Below are positions 1 to 13,127 of a stretch of 64,000 nt of DNA, piece after piece. Positions within the stretch are counted from its first letter, which is position 1; each line of letters opens with the position of its first letter. The notes beneath the pieces were generated by a model, which did no database searches, had not been told where the DNA came from, and worked only from the letters and a program-made list of their open reading frames with translations. This DNA comes from Paraphysomonas bandaiensis (taxonomy: Eukaryota; Protista; Chrysophyceae). The stretch lies in NCBI GenBank assembly GCA_965644295.1, contig CBFFRP010000077.1, positions 183,943 to 247,942 on the forward strand, given 5' to 3'. Position numbers and translations under genes: made by a program.

Positions 1-561
1 AGATGTTTTTCGTGAAATTCTTTCTTAGTACCACAATTTAGGGGTGCTCCATTCAGGCCCCGTGTCGTAACTAATAATTTAGTGCTATTAACTTAAATAT
101 TTGCTTGCTTGTGGCTGCTATAATACTGCTTCTATTATTCCGCCTCTATTGCATACAACATTATTAGCTAATAGGAGTAATAGGAGACATGTATCAGACT
201 ATCTATCTATCTATGATAGCCATACTCCCTGCGAAATTCCAATCGTGGTGTACAAAAGTAGTGATTACAGAGTATATTTTCTATAGTTGGTGTATATCAG
301 TGTTATGATTCTAACTGTCGCCGACCAATGATGGACCCCGCAGTTCATTAAAGTGATATTCTGCAGGGAACGCGTCTAAATATTATTCAAAGTACTCCTC
401 AAATGCTGCACACTTTGTGTATAATTTCTTTGTTATAAGGGTATATATTCTTAAGTATAAGGTAATATAATATGATCTACAATTTAGACAGTATATATGG
501 CAAAGCTATATCTTGGAAAGATACAGGCATGTGAAGTCGAACCATTGGATGATAAATATCA

Positions 562-1796
562 CTACATAAGTATATCATCCGGTATTACTGAGGTATCATT
601 TCGCGTGATCGCAGTTGCTAAATACTTTCCGACAATAGCATGATAGACTAACCCCCGTGCTCCCAGACCGCCTACAAGCCATACATTGGGCATTCTAGCA
701 TTACAAAGCCTCGATATTACGGGGCGGGAGCCTTCATGCTTCCTTTTTACAGTCCAACGCACACCAGTCCAAGTATCGACTGGGATCTTTCCAGCCAAAG
801 GTGGATACAAAACATTTATTTTTTTTCGTAGCTTGTTTACAGAAGCGGAGTCAGTGAAATTATCACACTGATCAAGGTCGCTCCCAACTATGCCCTCTTT
901 GGTCGCACCACATATAAGTTTTCCACTCTCAACTGGATGGGGTACAACGTATTCTCCCTGCAATATCGCGTGTTTAAGCCCCCTTCCAGATATATGAAGT
1001 GGGTCTTCGTAAATCGATATCTGTCCCTTAGTCAGAGCATGTGGGAGGTCGGCTGGCCACAAACCAGGCGAAGCCGCCCCACATGCTATGACAACTGCAT
1101 CGAACTCTGTGCAAGAAATATCTTGTAGGCATTGCACTGAGCGTACCTCCCAGTGTGCCTCTCTACAAGCATCTTTAATAACTTCCCACAGCCCCTTTAC
1201 ATAGTTGCTAGAGTCGACTATATGTGAGTGCTTTATAAGTGCTGCCCCATGGACAGCATCACATGAATTCGGCGCAAGAGATTTAAACTCGTTTTCATCG
1301 ACAACATCAATCCACTAAACGATGACATCATAAATAGAAATAAAATAATTATCAAGTCACTCACATTAGGTAGAGAAGCAGCCGCCTGAAGGTACCTTTG
1401 ATACTCTTTGAAAGATTTAAAAGGACGCAATATTGCATTGCTTGTAGAGTGTAAAAGTTGACTATTTTGGGCTGTCTCAACACGATGTATTAAGCTCATC
1501 GCGCAGGTGTAGCCCTCAACACCATGCCACAGCAAATTTCCCTTCGGAGTAAGAGGATGCAGTAAGCCAGCAGCAACAGCAGATGCACCTCCGTGCCCTG
1601 GATTGCATGAATCAATCACTGTGAGACATGTTTCTTTGTTCGACAAAAACAGTGCCGTGGCGAGACCCGCCATCCCCCCACCAACCACACAAACCTTACT
1701 ACTTGAATATCTCCACCCTCCACATACTACTGATCGCATAGTGTCTGCGATCACAGGGTTCCAACTCCTAAACCCACAGTACATGGACGACATCAT
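562..1796 (-). CDS. FAD-dependent oxidoreductase, DAO/MnmC-C-terminal-like (multi-exon)
   Basis: Rossmann VCVVGGGMAG, GASAVAAGLLHP, FDAVVIACGA, KGQ, WTGVR and GGLGARGL motifs across ORFs 1233-1880 and 562-1137; first in-frame ATG at 1796. Confidence 0.85.
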
Positions 1797-4214
1797 GCAA
1801 TATATGCCTGATGTTTTAACTATACGATGCAAATAATTCAAAATCCACTCATACCGATGATGATATACCACCAAGAACACAGTTACTGAAATGTTCTACA
1901 TTGGATATTACAGATTTAACTCTCACATGATGATAGCATGAATAGCATCTGATTTGCAATGGACGGTAATGTACACGACAAGTCAAGCTCTGCAAGTCCT
2001 CCAGCTAACGTAGCACCATTATAATATATAAAATGAAAATAAAGTCAGTCCCCTCAAGATTTCGAAGTTGTACAGTGTTGGAAAAAATATTCTATATATA
2101 TACTGTGTATATATATAAAAGTACGTAGAATTTATCCACTAAAGATTGGGGAAAATAAGAAAAAGTGAAAAATTGTTGTGAAAAATGGGTAGTTTTTTTG
2201 TTAAGATACCATTCTTACAGTTTCTTGTTGTCCACAGTGAACAGTAATAACATTATACAGCAGTACATGGAAGAGGAGGAAGACTGTATTGAATATGCAC
2301 TGTATCTGGGTATAGAGGGAGTGCTGATGTGTCTGGTTAAGGTGAATGGATGTGGGTAGTGTTCTATGAAGCGATTATCGGTACATACCAGTTTAACTAA
2401 AGGGATTGATTATGCACATGATATTAAGACAAAGTAGAACAAAAACAGAGCTGGATTAACTCCGAGTGAATCAAATGCAATGACATGTTGGTGATGTTAT
2501 TGCGCTGGAGTAAACTTCATGTATGTAGCTGATGATAATGTCAATGGACATGTCCGGCGCAGTGACAACTACACAACAGAACACATAATGCATTTTACTG
2601 AGGAGAGGTGTGTATGGTCTGCTGTGGGATGGTCTGTTATACAAAATACGTGAATTGTAGATTGTATGTATGATCGCATATTGAAGTATGCATGTCCCAG
2701 CACATGGAATGATGAAGACAGCGTTGGGGGAAACTGTACCTCTGAATATTGTATGCAGCGCTGGATCAAAATTAAAGATATCAAAAACATCTACATTTTA
2801 GGGTAGTACTGCTCCACGACAGTAAGTTTATATTAATTAAACTTATGAGAATTTCTATTTCCTGATGTACACAATACAGGGGTTTTCACTCACATTTAAC
2901 TAAGAGTGAGTCAACTCTGGTGCACTGACTGTAGAGGTAGATTTATCTCGAGTCATGCAAAAAACAGTGTCAATTGCAAATACGGATTGCAGAAGGACTT
3001 GCAAGAGTTCGAGGTGACGTTGGACAGACGAGGAGCTATGACATCAGTGCGTCGTAGACAATTCATGGTGCTTCAAAAGAAGTCTATTCATCGTTCATTT
3101 GTGGCTTATTTTAGTACCTTTATTCATATTGGGGTGATTTCAGACTCCTACTTTCGAGGTTAAAAATAAGACTAGTATCGAACTGTTGGTGGAATGAGTA
3201 TCTCTTGACCGCAGTGGAGATGAGTATTGGTAAATCGGTTCGCATTGATTGGAAATTGGCAGTTGAAGATGTCGGAAGAGAGTAGTCGACACAGCATTAC
3301 TCTAACATATGGCATGTTATGATGTGGAGAGAGACCCATAAATCTTTCAAAGCGATGGTCGGAATGTTTTATGTAATATGTACTTCAGATTTTAGTTTGT
3401 AATATTTTGTATCTGTACGTTAGCGAGTCCAGGTAGTTTTCTTGCTAGAAGAGGGTGTTTAATATTTTCGAAGTAACAACGTAGTCTCTACATTCAGCAT
3501 AGGTGAACAATTGTTCAGCGCAGGTTGTTTTCTTAGTTCGGCGTCTTGTGAGAGTACAGTGTATCCCACGTCTTAGAACATGGGACTGTTGAGTTTTGCT
3601 GATTAAGAGCAATTAAAAGCTGTAGTTCAGAGATATTTGAATTGAAACTGTTAAAGGAAAAATTCAGACAGAATTGGTTAATTGTATTATGAGATATGAG
3701 AACAAACGCCATGTGCAATCATAATAGTGAAACTGAAATATGTTGACCGTACGTAGTCGTGAAATATCTAAGATTGATAGTTAAGACAACGTGAAGTTGG
3801 CAGTGAATGACAAGTGATATTGATCATAAGTTTATTATATATTACTACATGCTTCTAACATATAATCTCCGCATAGAGTGAATATTTTGTTCAGTGTTCA
3901 GCAATGTCATTTTCTAACAGGGACACTTATTCTAGTAAGGAAAAGAATTGTTCTAAGATTGCATAAAGGTGGCAAAATGATATCTGCAATTTTGAATTAT
4001 ATAAGATGAGCACAGAATCATTCAAGTTTCATCAACATATAATGAAAGATGAAGCCGTGCATATATTAGTTTTCGACGTTCTACATTCTCGTGGAAGGAA
4101 TGGTAATATTCCAACAATAATATTTCAATTAAAGCTTATATGGAGATGTCTAGCATCATATTCCCAACTACACTAATATGCGCAACATCAATTCTACTGC
4201 AAACAGCAAGAATA

Positions 4215-5738
4215 CTAGCGCCTCGCCTTATATATGGCAAGAGATAACAAAAAACCTAGCGAACATATCACGCCTGCAGTCATATAGAATTGGGAATTGA
4301 AGTTCCCATTCCCAGTGCAGCCTTCATCAATAACTTCCCCCACAACAGAATATCTGGTGTGCCCAGTGATTTTAACCTTAACCGACCCTCCAATGTATTT
4401 GGGGTCATGAGGAAGCAAGACCTGCACGTAGTTCTTGGTATGTCCCACCATATGTACCTGGTCTTTGGCCATTTCACCTGTCAACCAAACTTTTTCAGTA
4501 GTCCCAACCATCCCGCTATAACAGTCATACGACTCGAAAAGGGCTGTTAATGCCCTTGTGCGCTTTTTCACATCGATAGAGTTGACCTTAGGCATGCGGG
4601 CTGCTGGTGTATTGGGGCGAGGGTAGAATTGAGTTGTATGCATCACAGGGAAGCGATTCTTGTCTACCAATTCATACGTTCCTTGGAAGTCTTCATCAGT
4701 TTCGTAAGGAAATCCACATATAATGTCCGTCGCCACTGTAACACCTGGTACACGTGACACGAGCTCGTCCACAATGTGCTGAAACTGTGCGACAGTGTAC
4801 TCACGCTTCATCAGACCGAGGATCTTGTCACTGCCTGATTGGACAGGAATATGAAGGATAGAGTAGACCTGAGGATGGTTGAGAACAGTTACCATGGTGT
4901 CGATGTGTTCAAGCATATAAGGAGGATTAGTCATTCCGATTTTGAGCATGACATGAGGGTGCTTCTCAATAGTTTTAATTATTGCCATCAGGAGTTCAGA
5001 TATATTCGTTTTGATATCTCTACCGTACGCTCCCGTATCCTCACTAGTGAGCCAGATCTCCGTGACCCCTTCTTTAATCACACTTTCGATGCGGCCTACA
5101 ATAGACTCGATTGTATAGCTACCTAGTTTGCCACGAGCATGTTTTGTTTTACAGTATGTGCACGTGTTCAAGCACCCGGTATTGATAGGTACAATCTCAA
5201 TGTACTTGTTCTTTCGAACTTTTGGAAGGTCTAACTCCGGTCGCTTCCGTTGGCTCATCATACGCACAATGTTGCCTTGTAATGTTTGCTCAACTACTTC
5301 TACAATGCGATCAATTTGTTGAACACCCATCAAACTCACCCCACTGAGTTTCGGATGTTTCGCATCTCCCTGAGGAACACAGCCTGCCGCAATCACTTTA
5401 ATTCCCCGCTCTTGTAACTTCTCCATATATGTGAGAAAATGTCCTTCACTTGGATTCTTTACTGTACATGACACCAATATTGCCAAATCAGCAGTCTCAT
5501 CAGAGTCGACTATAGCATAGCCATGTTCCTGTAGTATACCAGCCATATACTCCTTATCACTAACATTATGTGAACATCCCCATACTTTTAAATATATATT
5601 CTGATTTCCAGGTAAATAGGGATCATTCCCTTGTTTATATGGTTCATTCTTACTCTTAATGACTACTGTAGAGGCTGGTTTGGACTGTCGACTTGTTTCA
5701 GTCCCTGCTTCATCATGAATATCTTCAATATCAATCAT
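4215..5738 (-). CDS. CDKAL1: tRNA threonylcarbamoyladenosine methylthiotransferase (radical SAM, CDKAL1/e-MtaB), intronless
   Basis: UPF0004 WGCSHNVSD and SCTVK, CxxxCxxC (CLNTCTYC), HIPVQSGSD, DIICGFP, TRAM domain, C-terminal TM helix typical of eukaryotic CDKAL1. Confidence 0.95.
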   Translation of the reverse strand: MIDIEDIHDEAGTETSRQSKPASTVVIKSKNEPYKQGNDPYLPGNQNIYLKVWGCSHNVSDKEYMAGILQEHGYAIVDSDETADLAILVSCTVKNPSEGHFLTYMEKLQERGIKVIAAGCVPQGDAKHPKLSGVSLMGVQQIDRIVEVVEQTLQGNIVRMMSQRKRPELDLPKVRKNKYIEIVPINTGCLNTCTYCKTKHARGKLGSYTIESIVGRIESVIKEGVTEIWLTSEDTGAYGRDIKTNISELLMAIIKTIEKHPHVMLKIGMTNPPYMLEHIDTMVTVLNHPQVYSILHIPVQSGSDKILGLMKREYTVAQFQHIVDELVSRVPGVTVATDIICGFPYETDEDFQGTYELVDKNRFPVMHTTQFYPRPNTPAARMPKVNSIDVKKRTRALTALFESYDCYSGMVGTTEKVWLTGEMAKDQVHMVGHTKNYVQVLLPHDPKYIGGSVKVKITGHTRYSVVGEVIDEGCTGNGNFNSQFYMTAGVICSLGFLLSLAIYKARR

Positions 5739-6237
5739 TGAGATAAGAGAACTGGTAGCAATACCAGTCAGATATAAGTAATGGTGAAACTAAATATATG
5801 GTATGTGTTGTGTGGTTTGAGCCGAGTATATATGCATATGTAAACATATATGAGATTGTGCATGTTGTTAACTATGAAATCCCTGTAGACTCATAAACTG
5901 AAAATATAATCGAGGTATCAGAACCACACAGTGTATTTCTGACCAACCAGAGGACAGAAACACGACTGCTGCTCGTGCTATCTATCAATTTTCAGTTCAT
6001 GAAAATGGGGTAATTGGGCTCTCCTGTTTCGTCCAGCGATGTACACCATAAACCAATAAAATTGGGTTAATCGGGGTGTACATATAAACTGACAACCACT
6101 ATTTAATTAGTCGTACGGTGCAGTGGGCTGTATAACTGCAGTTTTAAGCAGTTATTGCACGGTTATTGCATGATTATTGCATAGTTTAGACACGAATAGT
6201 CATTCATCACTTCTATCTTGATTCATTTTAGATCCTA

Positions 6238-6880
6238 ATGGGTAACGACGATATGGATGCTACTGCTACTACTGAAGTTGACGAGGAATCAGTGTCCGCT
6301 CTGAGGGCAAATATTGCAAGAAAAGGCAACAACAGGTGGATAACCATCATCCTATTGGTGACTTCGATAATATAATAGTTTTTATGGATAGTTATTATTA
6401 TGCGCATGGGCATAAAGTGGATGGACCTGAATGGGATGGGAAAGAAGAGCCTCGTCTCCTTGCCACTGTCCCACTAACAGAAAAGGTAGGTGGATTATAA
6501 CTATCTAATATGTTCTGAATATTTCAAATTAGGCCAGGAAAGTACGACCCATTGAATCGTATGGGTGGATGGACGGCAAAAGTACTGTAAAAGTCATAAT
6601 TGATTGGGAAGGGGCTGATAGTATTGCTGAAGAGGATCTGATATTGGTAAGTCAGTACAATTGCTGCCAAATCGTGTTTTAAACATATTTTTGATAGACA
6701 TCTACGGATAATTCGATCGATTTTAGAGTCACTTCAGAGGGGATTGATCATGCCCTGCATATTTCGCCCTTCCATGCTACTGTGGAATCGGCAACTTTGA
6801 AAACGAAAAGCAGTAAGTTTGTTATCCTACTGAAGAGGGCAACCACTGCCCCTTGGTACCAGCTCACTAATAAGTCATGA
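6238..6880 (+). CDS. CS (p23/HSP20-like) domain co-chaperone-like protein, 4 exons, absent from the ORF track
   Basis: Manual splicing at three GT-AG introns gives MGNDD...NIARKGNNSYYYAH...IESYGWMDGKSTVKVIIDW...KFVILLKRATTAPWYQL*, matching the CS-domain pattern (YxW...VKV; LxK...W). Confidence 0.75.
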
Positions 6881-7149
6881 CGCAATGACAAGGTATGATA
6901 GCGGGGGAACTTGTACCAAATATCTAGAGCAGTTGTTGTTTTTGTTGTTGTCATAATAAGTATGTATGCTATGAATACTCTTAGTCGTAGTAGTCATCGC
7001 TGTGAGTATTTTGGCGTACTAGTCAGTGCAATCTTTTATCAAATGAGAGACTCTCACTACACAACGTGATGAGTGCTGCTGTATTCTTGTGCAAGTACTC
7101 AGCTATTGAAGTGAAATTGTGAAAAACTACAGACTACAGTACGTTGATG

Positions 7150-7251
7150 ATTGTAGCTTGTTGATTTTTGATGTGCATCGGGAGTAGCTAGCCCACTCTG
7201 AAGTACGTAATTGTAGCTTGTTGATTGTTGATGCGCATCGGGAGTAGCTAG
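7150..7251. repeat. Two-copy direct repeat, 60-bp period
   Basis: attgtagcttgttgat..gatg.gcatcgggagtagctag at 7150 and 7210. Confidence 0.85.
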
Positions 7252-7629
7252 TAGCCATCCTGTATACTGTGTAGCAATGAAATACAGAATCTACAAAATT
7301 ACAACAACAAGAATAGGAATAAAATATGCAAAGAGCTGAAATACAGTAGCGTTTAAATATATGCCTTGAATTATTGGTGATCAAAGTGTTGCTACAACCA
7401 CGCTACAACAACACAACCTTACTATCCCTCCTATATTTAATTCAGCGATATACAGTATCTTCTAAAGCCCAATTTGAATCATCAATTAATATAAAGATAC
7501 GAAACCGTATCAGTGGCTGCTTTTGGAAGCTACAATTGTGCTAGTGATTTAGTTCATATTAATAGTAATTGTGTTTACGTGTTTATCACACGTAATAGCA
7601 AACTATTGATTTAAAACACTTGAATTAGA

Positions 7630-7724
7630 CCCTCAACCAAGTCGGACTCGCACCCGCACCATTTTGTGGAGTTCTGGGGGATAAGTACCGGAGAGATTCT
7701 CTCTGGGAAACTAACGTGAGCCGA
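7630..7724 (+). ncRNA. Candidate HDV-like ribozyme at the retroposon 5' end (degenerate copy)
   Basis: Elements occur in HDV order P1-P2-P3-L3-P1'-P4-J4/2-P2': P4 ccggagag/ctctctgg framed by AGTAC...GGAA, then CTAA, then gtgagccga pairing with tcggactcgc; small duplication before P3. Confidence 0.5.
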
Positions 7725-8172
7725 AACATAGTCAGCAGATATTATTCTGCCCACTCATAGCCGAATGCTTGTGTGATACAAGGGACACCAATAAGTGTCA
7801 CTTGTGAAGACGCCTTTGGGGCCTGACGAATAAACAGGCATCCGGGGCAGGGCCCACCTGAAGGGTAACCGGGGTATTAGACTGCCTGCTGAAGTGAAGC
7901 ATCCGGGATGTTCACCTTGAAAACTAAAAAAAACATTCTGCTTGCTCGCGGCGTTTGCTTTGAGCGATAGAGCGGAGGGGTTACACCTTGGTGCTTGCTG
8001 CGACGCACAAGCAACAAGCAGCCTCCGTAGCGTTAAATAGTAGGATAATATAGTTTGAGTTTGTACTAGTTACTTACAGGTAGGCGTCTATCTAGCTTGA
8101 CTGGTGGTTTTCTTCTAGCAATTAAAGTGGTGCTGATTCTTAACGCCTATTCCTATTAGTAAGACCTTCAAT
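7630..8172 (+). mobile_element. Short non-autonomous retroposon, copy 1 (full length)
   Basis: Homologous to 22821-23165, 23914-24297 (-) and 36336-36832; flanked by a 14-bp TSD, acacttgaattaga (7616-7629) / acacttgaaataga (8173-8186); 3' end shared with the LINE remnant at ~21 kb. Confidence 0.85.
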
Positions 8173-8391
8173 ACACTTGAAATAGACGACATCAAGAAAA
8201 GATTTTAAGATTGATTGCCTCCGGTAGTGGAACTGCTTCAACCTATCTTGTCTGGATTATGTTGCTTTATATGCTAATATATATATTAGTACGAAATTGT
8301 GCGATTCAATTTATACTATAGTCCACTACCTTTAAATTAAATACAATCACGTCAATATATTCACATTGTCATCATACATACGTAAGAAATG

Positions 8392-11300
8392 TTAAGTGTT
8401 CGACTCTTGAGCTAATTTCTGACATAACTTTGACCCCGCCAACCCAGAGATACTGCAAAACCCAGGCATGCTACCACGCTCACTATTCTTATTCAATGCT
8501 TGTTTCTGATTATCTTTCGACAAAGGGGAACCCAACTTTGTTTCCTCTTGTACAGAAAATTTTCGTGTTATATATGCTTCATCTCTGTTCAGAATTGAAT
8601 TTATCGGCTGATCACCTTCCAATTCCACCTTTTCTTTGTTAGTTTTTGAATCATCTCATCCGAGTATCCCATTCGCTTTAGCAAGGCCACTGGAGGAGAT
8701 GAAAATTCATTTGTCGCTTTCGGCAAAATATCAGAGTGAGAACGTTCTATGGGATTATTCAGCAATTCAGATCCACATGTATCACCCATTATAGGTAGGT
8801 CACCCTCACGGCAACTTTTCATCCTTCCTGGTGTAAAAATATCTTCTTGCCGTTGCCCTTTCTCTACCGAAAACGTCACACTGAGGCCATTGGCTGAGTC
8901 AGTATTCGATTTACGAGCCCCAGTCAAAGGCATTGATTTGGCGTCATTTGGAGACAAACCAAAATGTGTTGTTGACACAGTTCGTGTATTTGCCTCCATG
9001 TCTCGACTAAACGATAATTGATTCAAATATTGTTGAGGTTGAACTAATAGTTGAGGAGCACTTTCGACCGTCTTTATGACAGTGGAAACTAAATATGAAT
9101 CGCTATCGGTAGGCATCCCAGGAGTCCACATGGTAACAAAATTAAACGAGGTAAACACACGAAGTGCTTTGATCATATGTGCTCGTAAAGCAGGTACAGA
9201 CAAGTGCGAAGTAATTTTGGAATTAAAATCAATCATGTATCCAAAAGTAGGCGAGTTTGAGAGCAAAGACAGGGCCCCCATGAACTCTGGACGGCAAAGA
9301 AATTGCAAGACATGATCGGATTTCTCACGTAGAGTCAATGGGATACTGACACTCAAAGGATACCTGTTTCGTGCTCGGTCAGCTGCAGAAAAAAACATTT
9401 TACCCAACGATCCATCTCGATCGACAATAATTGCATCATTCTGTATTTCGTTGTCATTCATTAGGTTCGCACGTCCATGTATGCGAGAGTCTGCCCGACT
9501 AATATATACAGCTGCACGGAAATGAGTCGTTACGGTCTCCAGATATTCATCCTCAGACATTCCATATAGTTCGTATCTAAAAGTTTCTAGTTAGAGATAC
9601 TCAAGCTTATCGGACCTTCTTACCGTTGCACACGATCATCTTGAATCATATCTAATAAACAACATCAAGAGAATCAACCCATGCTACAGTGCAATTCAAA
9701 TGCGTACCATACGGATTCATACGGGCTGTGGGTACCCAAGATACCACTCTGAAGCCTAAGAACTTTAGTTTCGATAGTACCTCGCTTTTACTGAAGGCGT
9801 GAAGGTTGGGATTTCCAAGCGATCGAATGAGGCCTTCGTCCTGTACAAACCCTTTCAAATAGTTCACCCTTAGAAATCCTCGTACAATGAAGTCGGTGTC
9901 ATCACTACATAAAGTTTGTAAATTAATTTATGTTCAGTAATGTTAGTAGTAAACCTTGAACGCGAAATATTACGTCTATTTCGAATGAGTTCATGTAACT
10001 TCTCTTGAACAAAATTTTTGGTAAAAAGCGAGGCACCTATGACGCCATGCAGACCGATCATCTGAAAGTGTACAGAGAGTGAAATATAGCATACTTGCTA
10101 CTTCAATTAAATATTTTACATACCATGTGTAGATCTTTTAAATGGTTTTCGTAGTGAGCACTTAGCGACATACCAGCATTGTACTCGACATAATCAAAGT
10201 AGTTGAATTCACTACCATCAACATCTTTGAGGGCGTCTCTGAACAATTCGTTGTTCTGTAAATCGACGAAAGTAATTTCCGGGCGACTATTTAGCTCTGA
10301 CGAACAGGAGTCTAGTATGTTTTCAATAGTGGCTTTCATTTTCGGGTCAGAAGTGAGGACAGTAATTTTCACCACATGAGAAATTCCTATAGAATCGGAG
10401 AAGGCTATCAACTGTAGCACACTTCTCACATGGAAATATTCTGCGAACAATACACTACAGCACAGTTACTCTAGTGAACCAAGCGAATGAACAAATACCG
10501 GTAAAGTTGGCGATTGTGAGGATTATTCGTGACATAGCCAGCAAATCCTCCGTAAACATGATGCACTATATCAACGATTGATGCAGCCCCAATATACTCG
10601 CCGAGATGGGCCACCTGACGATCCTGCACAGAAGTCATCATATGCGCTGTCAAGAATAGGAGCGAACTTCGATACCTCAGAGGGAGAAGGTTGAAAAACG
10701 TTAAAGTCACGACAGAGTTTTTTATGTTGTATTTTACTATCAATATTTGCACAGGGATGGTACAAATACATTTTTTTCAGCAGGTAAGTCTTGACTTCTT
10801 CGTCATCACACAGAGATAAGGTGTTAGATTCCCTCGGAACTCCTGCAAGAATATCGCTCAGACTATTCAAAACCGAACATAATAGCATACCATATTTCGT
10901 CATGATTGCAGTTAAATCGTGAGGTACTGGAAGTGCCAATTTCTCGTCTGTTGTGCAGTGTCCATCCTTCATCATTAACACCTGTGGTGCACCTCTACTG
11001 AACTACCATAGGTATATATATAATTACCTCACCATCAGTTGCACATACTTCGCATCCCCAGGTGTGAATTTCTTAGTGCTATACTTCTCGACATCTATAA
11101 AAACTCTGGCAGTAATCGCCGGTACAGCACATGACGAGTGTTGTAAATCATTTGATATTGTCAGTTGTTTTCGTTCTCTTCGCAGAATACCCTGCTGGAC
11201 AAGTTACGAACGTGCTAAGTGACATGTAATGCCACCTCAAGTACAGTGAAACTATCATCGACAAAACCTTCAGATTCATAAAAAGAAGCTATACGAAAGC

Positions 11301-12308
11301 CACACTCTGTTTGATAGGGTTCAAATTCATGGCAATACTGAAACCACTTCAATGCTGTCACCTTGTCTTCCTACCAATTCATAATTTGAATGATATACTA
11401 TATATACTTACATGACCTACCAAATAATCCGCATAAACTTTTCCTAAAGTCAATATGGCATAGTACTTCTCCTCTCTGAATTGCGACCGAGCAGCAGTCA
11501 TAGCACATTGTGTGAGGTTGCTGACGGAGTTATTTAAGTGCTCTGAGATGATGGAAGTCATTGTATTTCCAGTGCAATCGCGCATTGCCTCAATATATCT
11601 GATGTGGCTACGTCCCAAATGGTAATGAAAGTATGGATTACTTCCATATTGTACTATGTCCTCCTCTATATATCGTATTTTATCGTTCCAGCGCTCTAAG
11701 GAGACATAGGAACTACTCTTACCCAGCCGCCTTGACTTAGGTGTTCTCACCGTCCAGTTTGTAAAGGTTTCACTGTAATTCTCCCCAATGTCAAGCACTT
11801 CATTGGCATTGTAGCGCATGGCAAGCCCATTCTTGTGTCGAAGAAGCCAATTTACAGAAAAAGTTGTACTTGATTCAGAGTCATATACTGTGAATCTGTA
11901 GACATCATGAGTCGTCATCAATTCTCGTTTGTTTATAGTCGATAAATCGGGTATCCAACTCGGTTGAGCCATAAAAACAAACGCAGCATCTGAATAATAT
12001 TGCCAAGCAATAGAAAAGAGTTTTGTTCTTGCAGATCCAAAACCAGAAAATGAGTGAAACTGTATATTATACGGTCTCTTTCCGTCTAACACTGCAGCAA
12101 TATTTTGAACACTCTTATCTGAAGTTCGATCATCAATAAGAAATACAAAGTAATCCATTAAATGTACCCATTGATGAAGATTATTATGTATATTATCTTC
12201 TTCATCTCGTATTAACATAGTCATCACTATAGATGGATCTTGAGCAGGTAGTGGGGTTATGATAGAGGCTAAGAGACACATTGACAGCATTACTGTTACT
12301 ACCATCAT
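8392..12308 (-). CDS. Large multi-exon secreted-type protein: signal peptide + GT-A/GT2-like glycosyltransferase domain + helical (TPR-like) region + possible methyltransferase-like region
   Basis: IVMTMLIRDEEDNI...IDDRTSDKS...FSGFGSART is a GT2-like start; consecutive minus-strand exon ORFs with GT-AG junctions run down to ~8.4-8.6 kb; 3' end uncertain (8601 or 8392). Confidence 0.55.
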
Positions 12309-12796
12309 GTTTCTAAAAGTAATTTATTCACAATTACAATGATTTGAGGAGTATTCAGTAAGTGGGAGTGGAGTAGAGAGTTAATGGAAAACTATGTCCA
12401 TACCACACAAGTCAGATGGGCGAATGGGCAGTCAGCATCTTATTTTGCGGAAATAAATTGAAGCAATAATACTTTTTATTACTGCTATACAACTACGTCT
12501 AGAATACAGATAATTGCTGCCTCAATAATAGAGGCATCTTTGAACAAAAATACACAAAGGATGCCGATACAGATACCACATGCAGCTAACAACGTGTCTA
12601 CAATATCTGATATAGCATGTGTTCTGTACTTCCCCAATACTCCAGTTTTTTTCACTAAAAACTTCAGATTCTAGAACACATAGTCCGAAAACTAGGAAAT
12701 ATCGAAATACCCTGGTAAATATGTATAGAAAGCAGTCAAAAATATGGACAGCTTGTTCCATACATATATGCTTGTGTTGTACGAGTTCATCCAGAC

Positions 12797-13127
12797 ATGC
12801 AGCAGCAGATGGGGCGTATATTCAGTCAAGTAGCATTATTATTCATCAGAGGTGGACTATTATGCACATAAAACTATGTTAGAGAATATGCCTAAGCAAC
12901 AAGCCCATTTACTTCATGTACAACTCGCAGAACTTCAGAGTCTTCCTGCAGGTAACGTAACAGCAATACATAATTGTGTCGTCATGTGTGTCCTATCAGG
13001 GAGGTCTGTTCACGTTAGATCCGGAGATGTGTTACTACCAGCAGATAAATCTAAATTGATAAATGATATTTCAAGTACATTGGCTTCTATTAAAACTGAC
13101 TCTACTGCGAAAGATGGAAAAAAGTAG
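12797..13127 (+). CDS. Small prefoldin-beta-like protein (ASDURF/PFD-like), 3 exons
   Basis: Spliced product MQQQMGRIFSQEVDYY...LAELQSLPAGRSVHVRSGDVLLPADKSKLINDISSTL has the helix-hairpin-helix pattern of beta-prefoldins. Confidence 0.45.

Noticed and set aside
2165-3718. Short ORFs and an RWTDEE (Myb-like) word near 3017
   Set aside because: Immediately followed by a stop; no coherent spliced model or domain found
7820-7840. CTGACGA as a hammerhead ribozyme core (Penelope-like)
   Set aside because: No stem II-GAAA follows and the motif is not conserved in the other copies
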